A program made the translations under genes and the position numbers. A stretch of DNA of 64,000 nt from an uncultured cyanobacterium (GTDB lineage: Bacteria; Cyanobacteriota; Cyanobacteriia; Cyanobacteriales; Microcystaceae). Under the pieces are notes generated by a model. It was not told where the DNA came from. It saw only the letters and a program-made list of their open reading frames with translations, and made no database searches. The stretch spans positions 1 through 64,000 of the forward strand of contig CAWEDJ010000075.1 in the NCBI GenBank assembly GCA_963807635.1, in the 5' to 3' direction. This document shows, one piece after another, positions 22,083 through 32,656 of the stretch (the stretch's first letter is position 1; each line of letters starts with the position of its first letter).

Positions 22083-25000
22083 TTCCAGAATAGAAATCGG
22101 TTTACTGAGATAGTCGTCCATGCCTGATGTTAGGCAATTTTCGCGATCGCTGTTCATCGCGTTGGCAGTCATCGCTACGATGCGGATATTTCGGTCGGGA
22201 TACCGTAATCGAATAATCCGAGTCGCTTCCAAGCCATCTAGATTGGGCATCTGAACATCCATCAAAATCAGATCGTAGGATTGGGTTTCGAGTAATTGCA
22301 ACACTTCTTCCCCATTCTGGGCGACATCGGCACGGTATCCCAACACCCGTAGAATTTGCAACGCAACTTTTTGGTTGATCAGATTATCTTCTGCTAACAA
22401 AATGCGAGCGGAATTAGGCTCTTTGTTTTTGCGGGGGATCAGGGAGTTCGTCCTAGCCTTTCTGGAAGCAGCCGCAATTTTCGTTGGGGAATTTTGGAAA
22501 ATTTTCAGTAGGGCATTATATAACTGGGATTGGCGCAGGGGTTTAGTGAGAGTTGCTTCAAAAAGGGTTTCATCGTCGGCATTGAGGGCGAATTGTCCCA
22601 AGGAAGTTAATAAAATTAGGGGTAACGTCTGCCGATGTTCTAATGACGCGATCGCTTTTGCCAACATGACTCCATCCATACCAGGCATCTGCATATCAAC
22701 AATCGCCAAGTCGAACTCCGCGTCCGTTTGTAATAAAGCGATCGCCGCGTCTCCTGAATCCACTTCCTCGGAAATCATTTTCCAAGATTCGCATTGCAAC
22801 CTGAGGATTTTTCGATTGGTGGCATTATCATCCACAATTAAAATGCGCTTTTCTGCCAAACAGGGCAAGAAATCATCTTCACCCAAAAATAATGATTCCG
22901 AGTCGGTAGCCGCCAAAATGGTAAAAGAAAAGGTCGATCCGACTCCCATTTCTGTCTCCACACCGAGGCTTCCGCCCATCAGCTTGACCAGATGTTTACT
23001 AATCACTAATCCCAATCCCGTGCCGCCATAGTTTCGGGTCGTAGAGGAATCCACCTGACTGAAGGCTTTAAATAATCGGTCTAGGCGATCGGAGGGAATG
23101 CCAATGCCTGTATCCTTCACCTTGAATTCGAGTTGGTGGGTTGGTGCGATCGGCTCTGAACCTTTATTAAGGAAATGCCCTTGGAGTTCTAGGTTGCTGA
23201 GTTCTTCCTGGGATAGGGGTTTGGCGGTGACGGATAAAATCACTTCTCCGTCCGAGGTAAATTTAATCGCGTTGCCAATGAGGTTAGAAAGTACCTGGCT
23301 AAGGCGAGTGGAATCTCCCCAAATCACTTCGGGCGTTTCGGGAGCGAAATAGTAGGCTAATTCTAATCCTTTGGCGATCGCCTTAGAAGACAATAATTCA
23401 AGGAGATTTTCAACGGATTCGCGTAAATTAAAGAGATGGGCTTTGAATTCCAGTTTTTCGGCTTCAATTTTAGAAAAATCCAGAATATCGTTAATAATGG
23501 TCAGTAGATTATCCCCACTGGTACGTATGGTTTCGGCATAATCCTGCTGACGGGGCGTTAAATCCGTAGCAAGCAATAAATCCGTCATCCCGATTACCCC
23601 ATTCATGGGAGTCCGAATTTCGTGGCTCATCATGGCTAAAAATTCACTCTTAGCTCGGTTAGCCGCCTCTGCTTCCCATTTTGCCCGTTCTAAGTCCTGA
23701 TTTTTTTGGTTTAATTCTTCTTGACGTTGTTTTTCCTGTTGCAAGAGTTCCGCCTGGGCGAAGGCAATCCCCACTTGGTCGGCGATCGCTTTGAGAAAGT
23801 TGCATTCCTTGGCTGTCCAAACCCGTTGATGATCACACTGATGCAAACCAATTACGCCATTGGGTTTTCCTTGGTAGGAAGTCCGAATCGCGAGCATAGA
23901 TTTAATATCGACTTGTTCTGCAAGGTTAGTTACTCCTTCAAGAAGAGGCTCTATAAAAATATCATCCACAGCGATCGCATCATCGGTCGCCAGAACTGCC
24001 TCGGCATGAAGATTTCCCTGCACAGGAATGGCTAACCCCAACATAGAGCCATAACTTGGTTCTAGATACTCTGCAACCAAGGGAATTTGGGGAATGGGTT
24101 CATCCAGATAGCTATGAATCAAACAACGACTCACTTGAAAAACTCTGCCCACTTGCTCGGCTGTCGTTTCAAAAATTTCCTGGGAATCCAAACTATGGCG
24201 AATTTCCTGGGTAATTTGTTTTAAGAGGAGAATTTGCTCAACTTCCTGTTCTAATGCTCTTTGGGCCGCCTTTTGGTCGGTAATATCGATACAGGAGCCG
24301 ATATATCCTTGAAAAGTGCCATCCTCCAGAAAACGCGGTACACCCACATTTAACAGGGAACGATATTGTCCATCCCAACGACGCAAGCGATATTCCATTT
24401 TAAAGCGATGCCGTTTAAGAAAAGAACTGAGGTGAGTATCCAAGCAAGCTTGGTAATCATCGGGATGAATGCCCTCTGCCCAGCCTTCGCCCATTTCTTC
24501 TGCGATGGTGCGTCCTGTAAAATCTAACCAAGCCTTATTAAAGAAATTACAGTGTGTATCCGTTCCTGCAACCCAGAGCAACACGGGCGCACTATCGGCC
24601 ATTGCCCGAAAACGTTCTTCACTTTCTCGCAAAATTTCTTGACTCTGCTTATTTTTCGTAATGTCAAAACGAATCGACAAATACTGATAGGGTTTACCGT
24701 CTTCATCTAATAAAGGCACAATGGTCGTATCAACCCAGTAATAATCTCCGTATTTCGTTTTATTTTTGATTTCTCCGTGCCAGACTTCTCCCTGGGCGAT
24801 CGCTTTCCATAAATCCTGAAAAAAAGCAGGGGAATGGTGACCTGAATTGATAATGCGATGATTTTGTCCGATCAATTCCTGCTCAGAATAATGGGATATG
24901 TGGCAAAAAAGATCATTGACTTCGATGATGATCCCTTTATTGTCCGTAATGGCAACGATCGCAGATTTATCGAGGGCCGCTTTTTGGGCCGCCAATTTTT

Positions 25001-26396
25001 TCAGGGTGTTTTTGAGTTGGGCTTCGGCGGCGAGTCGTTCACTAATATCGCTGGCAATCCCTAAAAAGCCCGTAATTTTTCCTTCCAGATCCCGTAGAGC
25101 CGTAATAGAAAGTAATACGGGAAAACGAGAACCGTCTTGGCGGATATATGTCCAAATTGCTTCATCGGGTAAATTTTGTTTGGCGCGTGTGGTAAAAACA
25201 TCAAAACCTGTGACGGGAAAACCAAATTCCGCCGAAAGTTCTTTACCCCTCGCCTCTATTTCGGCTGGATCATGAAAAATTGCTGGACTTTGTTGATAAA
25301 TGACTTCTTCGACCTGATAACCCAACATTTCCTCCGCCGCACGGTTAAAGGTCTGAATAATCCCATCAGTCCGAATAGAAATAATGCTGTAGCGACTACC
25401 ATCTAGAATCGCTTGTTGTAATAGTCTATTTTTCTGGAGGGTTTCTTCTATTCTTTGTTGTTGTCTGATCGATTCTTCTAGTTGGATATTCTGTTGTCGA
25501 GTGATTTGAGCCAGGTAAATCGCCAGGGCCAACATCCAGGCGATCGCTAAACCGCCCCCTAAAAGGAAAAAAAGTAAGGATGAGTGGGTTTGATTAATCA
25601 AGTCAGGCGTAGGCAAGACCGTCAATCGCCACCGAATGCCAGGGGGATTGATGATCAGACTGGATTGTTGCCATTGTTGGGTCGGCCACGCAGGATTTAG
25701 ATTTTGATAAATCACTCCCGTGTCATCGGTTAATTTGAACCCGAATAATTTATTTCCACTTTCTTTCCACAGTTGATCCAAAAAATTCGTCGCATCAAAC
25801 TTTCCTCGAATAAAACCATCAAATCGTTTATTGGGAAATAGGGGGACATCGGCTGAAAAAATCCGACGATTCGGCGATCTCTCTAAAAGGGGATTAAAGC
25901 TAGTTCGACGATATTGTTGAGAGGCGATGATCTTGAGTCGCTTTTGGTCTGCGGGGGATAGGACTTGATTTAAAAAAGCTTCATTGCCCTGGAGGGGAAC
26001 AATCCAGTGAATAGAATAAGTGGAATCTACCCATGCGAGGGACTGATAGGCTGAAAAATTTTCTAATAGAGCTTTTGCTTCCCCTTCCCATTCTTTCTTT
26101 TTCGTTTCTTCCCTAATTTCCCACCGTTTAGCCATTCTTTCCAAGGCGGAAAAGTTGTCTTGCAGTTCATTCGTAATCAGATTTTCCAGCAATCTTAATT
26201 CCGCCTGAACCTGCTGTTCAAGCTGACGATCATTTTCCCTGAGTAGCGATCGCCAGGTAAAGATAGTCAACCCCGAAAGGACAGTACCGACCAATAGGGG
26301 TAGAGCATAAGTGTTGAAATGGGAAATTTGTTTTTTTTTCACCCGTTCTAAATATGTTTTCGACTTACCATGTGCTAAAGGGCGATCAACACCCAA
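22047..26396 (-). CDS. Membrane hybrid histidine kinase (CHASE-like sensor, 3 PAS, GAF, HisKA, HATPase, 2 REC)
   Basis: Two TM segments; [43 protein letters not shown]. Start codon uncertain. Confidence 0.92.
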   Translation of the reverse strand: MGVDRPLAHGKSKTYLERVKKKQISHFNTYALPLLVGTVLSGLTIFTWRSLLRENDRQLEQQVQAELRLLENLITNELQDNFSALERMAKRWEIREETKKKEWEGEAKALLENFSAYQSLAWVDSTYSIHWIVPLQGNEAFLNQVLSPADQKRLKIIASQQYRRTSFNPLLERSPNRRIFSADVPLFPNKRFDGFIRGKFDATNFLDQLWKESGNKLFGFKLTDDTGVIYQNLNPAWPTQQWQQSSLIINPPGIRWRLTVLPTPDLINQTHSSLLFFLLGGGLAIAWMLALAIYLAQITRQQNIQLEESIRQQQRIEETLQKNRLLQQAILDGSRYSIISIRTDGIIQTFNRAAEEMLGYQVEEVIYQQSPAIFHDPAEIEARGKELSAEFGFPVTGFDVFTTRAKQNLPDEAIWTYIRQDGSRFPVLLSITALRDLEGKITGFLGIASDISERLAAEAQLKNTLKKLAAQKAALDKSAIVAITDNKGIIIEVNDLFCHISHYSEQELIGQNHRIINSGHHSPAFFQDLWKAIAQGEVWHGEIKNKTKYGDYYWVDTTIVPLLDEDGKPYQYLSIRFDITKNKQSQEILRESEERFRAMADSAPVLLWVAGTDTHCNFFNKAWLDFTGRTIAEEMGEGWAEGIHPDDYQACLDTHLSSFLKRHRFKMEYRLRRWDGQYRSLLNVGVPRFLEDGTFQGYIGSCIDITDQKAAQRALEQEVEQILLLKQITQEIRHSLDSQEIFETTAEQVGRVFQVSRCLIHSYLDEPIPQIPLVAEYLEPSYGSMLGLAIPVQGNLHAEAVLATDDAIAVDDIFIEPLLEGVTNLAEQVDIKSMLAIRTSYQGKPNGVIGLHQCDHQRVWTAKECNFLKAIADQVGIAFAQAELLQQEKQRQEELNQKNQDLERAKWEAEAANRAKSEFLAMMSHEIRTPMNGVIGMTDLLLATDLTPRQQDYAETIRTSGDNLLTIINDILDFSKIEAEKLEFKAHLFNLRESVENLLELLSSKAIAKGLELAYYFAPETPEVIWGDSTRLSQVLSNLIGNAIKFTSDGEVILSVTAKPLSQEELSNLELQGHFLNKGSEPIAPTHQLEFKVKDTGIGIPSDRLDRLFKAFSQVDSSTTRNYGGTGLGLVISKHLVKLMGGSLGVETEMGVGSTFSFTILAATDSESLFLGEDDFLPCLAEKRILIVDDNATNRKILRLQCESWKMISEEVDSGDAAIALLQTDAEFDLAIVDMQMPGMDGVMLAKAIASLEHRQTLPLILLTSLGQFALNADDETLFEATLTKPLRQSQLYNALLKIFQNSPTKIAAASRKARTNSLIPRKNKEPNSARILLAEDNLINQKVALQILRVLGYRADVAQNGEEVLQLLETQSYDLILMDVQMPNLDGLEATRIIRLRYPDRNIRIVAMTANAMNSDRENCLTSGMDDYLSKPISILELTRVLGAQLPH

Positions 26397-26578
26397 AAAC
26401 TTGTAATGTCTATTATTTTTGCAAAAATAAAAATTGATGTTAAGAAGTCTAACAATAATTTAACAGGATTCAAACTAATTTTAAAATGGCATACTGGGCT
26501 TTTAACCGTAATGGCAGGAGTATGTGACAATTGTAACGATATACTAAGTTGGATAAATTTAGGAGGTATAAAAAGACT

Positions 26579-27256
26579 GTGAATCCACTTGAACTTATGG
26601 AAAAAGGCGGCATTGCTATGTGGCCGCTCCTACTTCTTTCTATTTTGTCCGTCAGCACCATTATTGAAAGAATTTGGTTCTGGTCTAGAGTTGTCCTCCG
26701 AAGCTCTCAAATTGTCAATCGAGTCTTGGACACGGCGGCTAGGGATTGGGATTTAGCCGTTAAGGTGGCCAAAGATCATCAGGACTATCCCATTGGGAAG
26801 TTTTTGTTGGCTCCCCTCCGTCTCCAGAATCCCGATCCCGAAGTGTTTCATCTCTCTTTAGAATCGGCTGCGGATGATCAGTTAGCCCTAATGCGTCGCG
26901 GTGATAAGGTTCTAGAGGCGATCGTGGCTCTTTCCCCCCTATTAGGACTATTGGGAACGGTTTTGGGATTAATTCGCTCTCTCAGTTCGATTCAAATTAG
27001 TGATCTGGGAACCTCTTCTACGGCGGGCGTTACCCTGGGTATTGGGGAATCGTTAATTTCTACTGCAACAGGAATGATTGTGGCGATCGTTAGTCTCGCT
27101 TTTTATCGAATTTTTCAGGGACTTTGGTTTAATCAAATGCGAATTTTTCGTAAAGCAGGAGGTGACTTAGAGGTGATTTATCGTCAACGCTGGCTGGATG
27201 AAGAAGAAAATCACTCTGCCTATGACCCCATGTCATCGCGGGGAAATGAGCGTTAA
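26579..27256 (+). CDS. MotA/TolQ/ExbB proton channel protein
   Basis: [37 protein letters not shown] upstream of the GTG at 26579. Confidence 0.92.
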   Translation: MNPLELMEKGGIAMWPLLLLSILSVSTIIERIWFWSRVVLRSSQIVNRVLDTAARDWDLAVKVAKDHQDYPIGKFLLAPLRLQNPDPEVFHLSLESAADDQLALMRRGDKVLEAIVALSPLLGLLGTVLGLIRSLSSIQISDLGTSSTAGVTLGIGESLISTATGMIVAIVSLAFYRIFQGLWFNQMRIFRKAGGDLEVIYRQRWLDEEENHSAYDPMSSRGNER

Positions 27257-27313
27257 TATTTTTTTAATGGGCATCTCGTTTAATTCTTGTTTCTTTCTTT
27301 TCTAATTTAACCT

Positions 27314-28090
27314 ATGACCCCGACTCCTAAATTGCCCCGCAGTCAGCGTAAAGTGCAAGTTTATCATCCCACTCGTCCGCTTAAACTATGGCACGATCAA
27401 GCTCCTCAATCAGAGGATGTTCGTATTGAGCTTGTGCCTTTGATTGATGTGATTTTTTGTATTCTGACGTTTTTTATTTTGGGCGCGGTGGGCCTATCCC
27501 GTCAGCAGGCGATCGGCTTGGATTTACCGAAAGCCAGTACGGGCGTTCCTCAAATGCGCGAAATGTTGGTGGTAACCCTAGATGATTTGTCCCAATTATA
27601 TGTGGAAAAACAACCTGTTACCCGCAATCAATTGCTAGATTCTCTCAAAAATTACCATCAATATAATCCTAATGGCTTAATGGTTCTCAATGCTTCCCGT
27701 AATGTTAGTTATAACGATGTGGTGCAGGTATTAGATTTATTACGTCAGGTGGGAGGCGATCGCGTTGCCTTAGCGACCTTACCTGGATCGACTCAACCAG
27801 TAATTGGGCAAAATTCCTTTGATCCCAACTCACCCAACTTGGGTACCCCCAATAGTCATGGAATTCCCAACGGCGTACCAGGAAATTATGGAACCACCCT
27901 ACCGACAGATCCCAATAATCCTTTTTCTTCCACTACTCCCAATTCTACGATTCCAGGCGCGCCTAACTCCACCATCCCAGGAATGCCCAATTCTACCAAT
28001 GGGAGCTTACCCAACTCTTCTGGTATGCCTAACGATCCTCTTAATCCTGGTTTACCCAATACTAACCCTGATAGGCTTCCCAAACGTTAA
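27314..28090 (+). CDS. ExbD/TolR family protein with a long Pro/Asn/Gly/Ser/Thr-rich tail
   Basis: IELVPLIDVIFCILTFF, LDLPKA; follows the ExbB-like gene. Confidence 0.9.
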   Translation: MTPTPKLPRSQRKVQVYHPTRPLKLWHDQAPQSEDVRIELVPLIDVIFCILTFFILGAVGLSRQQAIGLDLPKASTGVPQMREMLVVTLDDLSQLYVEKQPVTRNQLLDSLKNYHQYNPNGLMVLNASRNVSYNDVVQVLDLLRQVGGDRVALATLPGSTQPVIGQNSFDPNSPNLGTPNSHGIPNGVPGNYGTTLPTDPNNPFSSTTPNSTIPGAPNSTIPGMPNSTNGSLPNSSGMPNDPLNPGLPNTNPDRLPKR

Positions 28091-28120
28091 CAGGAAAACA
28101 AGGGGAGAAACTAGACACTA

Positions 28121-28513
28121 TCATTTCGCCCGTTGAGACATTAATTGTTCTTCTAGGGCCGCAATGCGATGATAGGCCGCCGTAACCTGGGCTGTGAGCC
28201 GATGAATCTGGATCTCTGCCGTGAGGGGTTGCTCATTCTGGAGACCCCAAAAGGAAAGATTGTCATCTTCATCGATCAAGATATCTTTATGAATGATACG
28301 GGCGGCAACTTGGTCAATGGCTTCAGAGGAAGATTCTAGGGGGATATAAGGGCGATCGACGGTGGCGGAGCATGGAAAATCATGATCAGAGAAGAAAATC
28401 GCTTGTTTATCCGTTAAAGTTCTAATTTGTTGGCTAAGATCTAGTACAATTCGATGGAGTTGATCAACTTTAAAATTCAGTGTTTGAATTTGTTCTTCTA
28501 GGGAGCTATTCAT
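28121..28513 (-). CDS. Cyanobacterial hypothetical coiled-coil protein
   Basis: HKDIL.D and EIQIHRLTAQVTAAYHRIAALEEQL C-terminus. Confidence 0.75.
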   Translation of the reverse strand: MNSSLEEQIQTLNFKVDQLHRIVLDLSQQIRTLTDKQAIFFSDHDFPCSATVDRPYIPLESSSEAIDQVAARIIHKDILIDEDDNLSFWGLQNEQPLTAEIQIHRLTAQVTAAYHRIAALEEQLMSQRAK

Positions 28514-28665
28514 CGCTTTTTCATTTTTTCATTAAAATTTAAGATCGACTTCTTCTATGCTAAAAGCTGATTCCTCCTACCCAAGAAACTTTTACAATTA
28601 ATTTAATAATCCCTTCATTAGTCTTAACAAAAATCTTAAAAAATAAGCAAACACTTGTCTAAATT

Positions 28666-29853
28666 ATGTCAGATTCTTTACCTTTATCTCAATTTAATCG
28701 CCGCTCTTTTTTACTCGGCGCAGGGGCGATTGTCTTAGGGCAAGGGTTATTAGGATGTGACAGTTCTTCCTCTGCACTACAGATTTTATTTTTAAAAAAT
28801 TCTATTTCTGCCCAATTAATTAGTCGTTTTACAAAAAAAGCTATCTCAGAAAATAAGCTTACCTTTAAAGCAGAATCTCAATTAAAAACGATTTTTAAAC
28901 TATTACAAGCCTGGCAACAATCCCCTACCGAAAAATCAAATTTTTTACCCCAACTTCCTGTTATTAACCCTGCCCCCCCCGCGATCGCCAATTTAGTGAC
29001 CACAGGAGATGCTTGGTTAGCCGACGCGATCGCCAAACAATTAATAGAACCTTTAAATGTGTCTGGTTTATCTAATTGGCCCCAACTGGCTCCCCGTTGG
29101 CATAAATTAGTTCAACGCAACGACGAGGGATTCCCCGATGACCAGGGTAAAACCTGGGGCGCACCCTATCGCTGGGGAACTACCCTGATTGTCTATCGTA
29201 AAGATAAATTTAAAGAGTTAGGATGGACACCCAAAAATTGGGAAGATCTTTGGCGCAAGGAACTAGAACAACGCATTTCGATTGTGGATCAACCGCGAGA
29301 AGTGATTGGTTTAACGCTAAAAAAATTGGGTGATTCCTACAATCCCACCGCATTAAATAATCTTCCCCAACTCAGACAGGAATTAGTCCACCTCCACCAA
29401 CAAATTAAGTTCTATAGTTCTACCCATTATCTTCAACCTTTGATTCTCGGTGATGTTTGGTGCGCGATCGGTTGGTCAAATGAGATTTTACCCCTACTCA
29501 AAAACAATCCAGATCTGGCCGCAGTGGTTCCTGAATCGGGAACTTCCCTTTGGGCGGATCTTTGGGTTCAACCAAAATCGTCCTCTTCCAACCCATTATT
29601 AGCAGAATGGTTAGATTTTTGTTGGCAACCTGATATTGCTAATCAAATTGCTTTCTTTAGTAATGGGGCTTCTCCTCGATTAGAAACCTTGGAAAAAAAT
29701 GCTATTCTGCCCAAGGTGAGAGAGAATCCTTTATTAATGATTCCGCCCCAATTGTTAGACCGATGTGAATTTCTTTTGCCCCTATTTCCTAAAGTTCAAC
29801 AGCAATTTTTAACTCTTTGGCAAGAACTTCGAGCAGTTACTCGCAAGGTATAG
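28666..29853 (+). CDS. Extracellular solute-binding lipoprotein (PotD/PotF-like)
   Basis: Tat signal NRRSFL plus lipobox LLGC; PYRWGT, WEDLW, PESGTSLWAD. Confidence 0.88.
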   Translation: MSDSLPLSQFNRRSFLLGAGAIVLGQGLLGCDSSSSALQILFLKNSISAQLISRFTKKAISENKLTFKAESQLKTIFKLLQAWQQSPTEKSNFLPQLPVINPAPPAIANLVTTGDAWLADAIAKQLIEPLNVSGLSNWPQLAPRWHKLVQRNDEGFPDDQGKTWGAPYRWGTTLIVYRKDKFKELGWTPKNWEDLWRKELEQRISIVDQPREVIGLTLKKLGDSYNPTALNNLPQLRQELVHLHQQIKFYSSTHYLQPLILGDVWCAIGWSNEILPLLKNNPDLAAVVPESGTSLWADLWVQPKSSSSNPLLAEWLDFCWQPDIANQIAFFSNGASPRLETLEKNAILPKVRENPLLMIPPQLLDRCEFLLPLFPKVQQQFLTLWQELRAVTRKV

Positions 29854-29902
29854 AATAATTGTTTGAATTTAAAATTTAAGTTTATAGAGACAAAGAAATT
29901 AT

Positions 29903-30166
29903 ATGTATCAAATAAGCTTAACCAAGAAAGCACAAAAAATATACGAAAATGCAAATTCTTCTTTGTTGAATAAACTAAATCGCTGTTTTGAACAACTTCA
30001 GAATAACCCGCATAGTCATCCCAATATTAAGCGTTTACAGGGAAAACTTGCAGGAAAATTTCGCTACCGTCTCGGTGATTGGCGCGTAATTTATTCAATT
30101 AATGAAGAAAACCAACTTGTAATCATATCAATCATTGCCGCTAGAGGAGAAGTTTACGAACGGTAG
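29903..30166 (+). CDS. RelE/ParE-family toxin
   Basis: IKRLQG..GKFRYRLGDWRVIY...RGEVY. Confidence 0.88.
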   Translation: MYQISLTKKAQKIYENANSSLLNKLNRCFEQLQNNPHSHPNIKRLQGKLAGKFRYRLGDWRVIYSINEENQLVIISIIAARGEVYER

Positions 30167-30393
30167 ATACTTTCTAGGGAAACTATTTCTCCCCGTTCAA
30201 TTTCTTGTTCAGCTTCTAGTAATCCTTGTTCAAAACCAGGAATATTTAATAATTCTTCAGTCGCTTCGTATTCTTCTTTTTGCTGTAAATATTCCAAAAA
30301 ATCTATCGCAAACTTTAATTTATCGTCAGATAATTGGTTTAGATGTACATTAGCTTGTTCTAGCAATTCTTTATTAGTGTCCAGAGAAAGCAT
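30154..30393 (-). CDS. Putative antitoxin (acidic, about 80 aa)
   Basis: EATEELLNIPGF...AEQEIERGEIVSLE resembles the toxin-binding C-termini of RelB/Phd-type antitoxins; adjacent to relE. Confidence 0.65.
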   Translation of the reverse strand: MLSLDTNKELLEQANVHLNQLSDDKLKFAIDFLEYLQQKEEYEATEELLNIPGFEQGLLEAEQEIERGEIVSLESIYRS

Positions 30394-30509
30394 AAAGCAC
30401 CTCAAATAAAGTATTTAGTCAGTTAGCCTGTCTTAATGATATAAATTAAAAAGCTTTTTAGTGCAAATTATTTAAGTGTCTTTCTGACGAAGATCATTAT
30501 AAACCCTTC

Positions 30510-32021
30510 ATGCTCCTGATGGGTAAAAATTTTATGTTTAGTTACACTCCTCATTACAAACCGAATCAACTTCTCTGCGGTCACGGTCAAACGGCTCTGA
30601 TTACAGGCTGGACGGTTAGACAATCCCTCGCCAAAAAACTCTCAACCGATGAATATGCCGTTATTGGGAATCTCTATAGCGCAACGAGGGGAATTAGTCC
30701 TTTAATTCGTAATTTATTAGCAAACCCCCAGGTACGTTATTTAGTTATTTTAAACGCCACCAGGGAAGATAAAAATTCAGGAAGTTGTCAATGTCTTCTG
30801 GACTTTTTTGAGCAAGGATTTACTTTAGGAAAAAGTGATACGGGTCGGGATTGTTGGGTGATTAATTCGACCGTTACGGGTTATATTGATCAGGAAATTC
30901 CTGCTGATGTATTAGAAGATTTACGGCGATCGCTACAGTACAAATCGGTTAAAAATATTCACGAAGCAGTGAGTTTAGTGAAAGATTGGGCAAACAATGA
31001 ACCCTTAGAACCCTGGGCAGAACCTCGATTATTTCCCCAAGTAGAATTAGTCCCGACCGTATTACCTGGCCCCCGCTATGGTCATTGCATTGAAGGAGAA
31101 ACGATCGCCCAAACCTGGGTAAAAATTCTCCACCGCATTAAAACAACTGGAACCATCCGACCCACTCAATACGGCCAATGGCAAGAGTTAATTGATTTAG
31201 TCGCGATCGTCACCCAGGAACCCACTAATTTCTATTTTCCTGAACCGAATTATTTGCCGATTCAACGGGAATTTATGGATGATTATATTGCTCAAATGTT
31301 AGATGATGCACCCAGCCAAGAAGGCGTTAAATATACCTACGGTCAACGGTTGCGATCCTGGTTTAAAAAAGATCAAATTCAACAGGCGATCGATAAATTA
31401 ATTTTAGAAAAAGATTCCTCTAGGGTCGTTATGTCTTTGTGGGATGTTAAGGATTACGAAAATACCGATAGTCCCCCTTGCCTAAATCATCTTTGGTTAA
31501 GAATTGTTGAAAATGAATTATCTTTAACTGCGACTTTTCGTAGTAATGATATGTTCTCTGCTTGGCCTGCTAATGCAATGGGTCTAAGATCTTTACAGCA
31601 ACATATTTTAGATGAAATTTTAGAAAAAACAGATTATCCATTAAAATTAGGGCCATTAATTACCGTCAGTCAATCAGCCCATATTTATTCCGATTGTTGG
31701 GAACACGCCGAACGAGTCATCCAATCCGAATATAAAAAACTGTGTAATCAACAGGATTATTATGATCCAACGGGTAGCTTTTTAATTTCTATTAAAGATG
31801 GTACAATTTTAGTGGAACATTTAACCCCAGGTTCAGGAGAAGTGGTGAACTGTTATTCGGGAAAATCAGCCCGCAAGCTTTATCTAGAAATTGCGGCAAC
31901 GTCTCCTAGTTTAGAAGTTGAACACGCCATGTATTTAGGAACCGAATTACAAAAAGCTGAAATTGCTCTATTACTTTCTAAGGAAGATTCTTATATACAG
32001 GATCAAATTTTTAAACCTTAA
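30510..32021 (+). CDS. Thymidylate synthase (ThyA fold) fused to an N-terminal MtrA-like and a C-terminal DUF4346-like domain
   Basis: YTYGQRL, SSRVVMSLWD, PPCL, FRSND, SAHIY; N-terminal GISPLIRNLLANPQVRYL; C-terminal DPTGSF...HAMYLGTELQKAE...YIQD. Confidence 0.82.
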   Translation: MLLMGKNFMFSYTPHYKPNQLLCGHGQTALITGWTVRQSLAKKLSTDEYAVIGNLYSATRGISPLIRNLLANPQVRYLVILNATREDKNSGSCQCLLDFFEQGFTLGKSDTGRDCWVINSTVTGYIDQEIPADVLEDLRRSLQYKSVKNIHEAVSLVKDWANNEPLEPWAEPRLFPQVELVPTVLPGPRYGHCIEGETIAQTWVKILHRIKTTGTIRPTQYGQWQELIDLVAIVTQEPTNFYFPEPNYLPIQREFMDDYIAQMLDDAPSQEGVKYTYGQRLRSWFKKDQIQQAIDKLILEKDSSRVVMSLWDVKDYENTDSPPCLNHLWLRIVENELSLTATFRSNDMFSAWPANAMGLRSLQQHILDEILEKTDYPLKLGPLITVSQSAHIYSDCWEHAERVIQSEYKKLCNQQDYYDPTGSFLISIKDGTILVEHLTPGSGEVVNCYSGKSARKLYLEIAATSPSLEVEHAMYLGTELQKAEIALLLSKEDSYIQDQIFKP

Positions 32022-32053
32022 ATTATCCGATTTAAATGTTTTTAATTCACACA

Positions 32054-32494
32054 ATGAAAATAAAAATTAAACGATTAAAAGAACAAGCTATTCTTCCTTT
32101 TTATGAACATTTATATGACTCAGGACTAGACCTAATTTCCATCGAAGAAATAGAAATCCTACCAGGAAATAGTGATTTAATCCCAACAGGAATCGCGATA
32201 GAACTTCCCCCAGGAACCGAAGCCCAGATCCGTCCTCGGAGTGGATTAGCCCTTAAACATCAAATTACTGTGTTGAATACGCCTGGAACCATTGATGAAG
32301 GTTATCGCGGAGAAATTGGCGTTATTTTGATTAATCATGGTAAACAAACTTTTAAAGTGACCAAGGGCATGAAAATTGCTCAGATGGTCATTGCTCCCGT
32401 GATTCGAGTGGAAATTGAAGAAGTTGATCAACTCAGTGATAGCTCTAGGGGATCGGGAGGATTTGGCTCAACGGGAATGCTCGTTCAGGAATAG
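32054..32494 (+). CDS. dut: dUTP diphosphatase
   Basis: [36 protein letters not shown]. Confidence 0.96.
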   Translation: MKIKIKRLKEQAILPFYEHLYDSGLDLISIEEIEILPGNSDLIPTGIAIELPPGTEAQIRPRSGLALKHQITVLNTPGTIDEGYRGEIGVILINHGKQTFKVTKGMKIAQMVIAPVIRVEIEEVDQLSDSSRGSGGFGSTGMLVQE

Positions 32495-32656
32495 GGCCTA
32501 TTGATTTTTGAATAGAAAGATTAGTCATCGTTTTTTAGAAATAATAAAGAAGGGGCTTTGTTTATTTTGTCAGGTTTAAAAGTGGCGATCGCTGTTAATA
32601 GATTAATTGGGAAAAGAGCGATATTATAATTTTGTTGAAATACCTAATAATAGAAA

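Noticed and set aside
22375..25406. Long + strand ORFs opposite the hybrid kinase, and similar shadow ORFs elsewhere (e.g. 48106-48639, 15064-15528)
   Set aside because: Antisense to well-supported genes, with no recognisable motifs.
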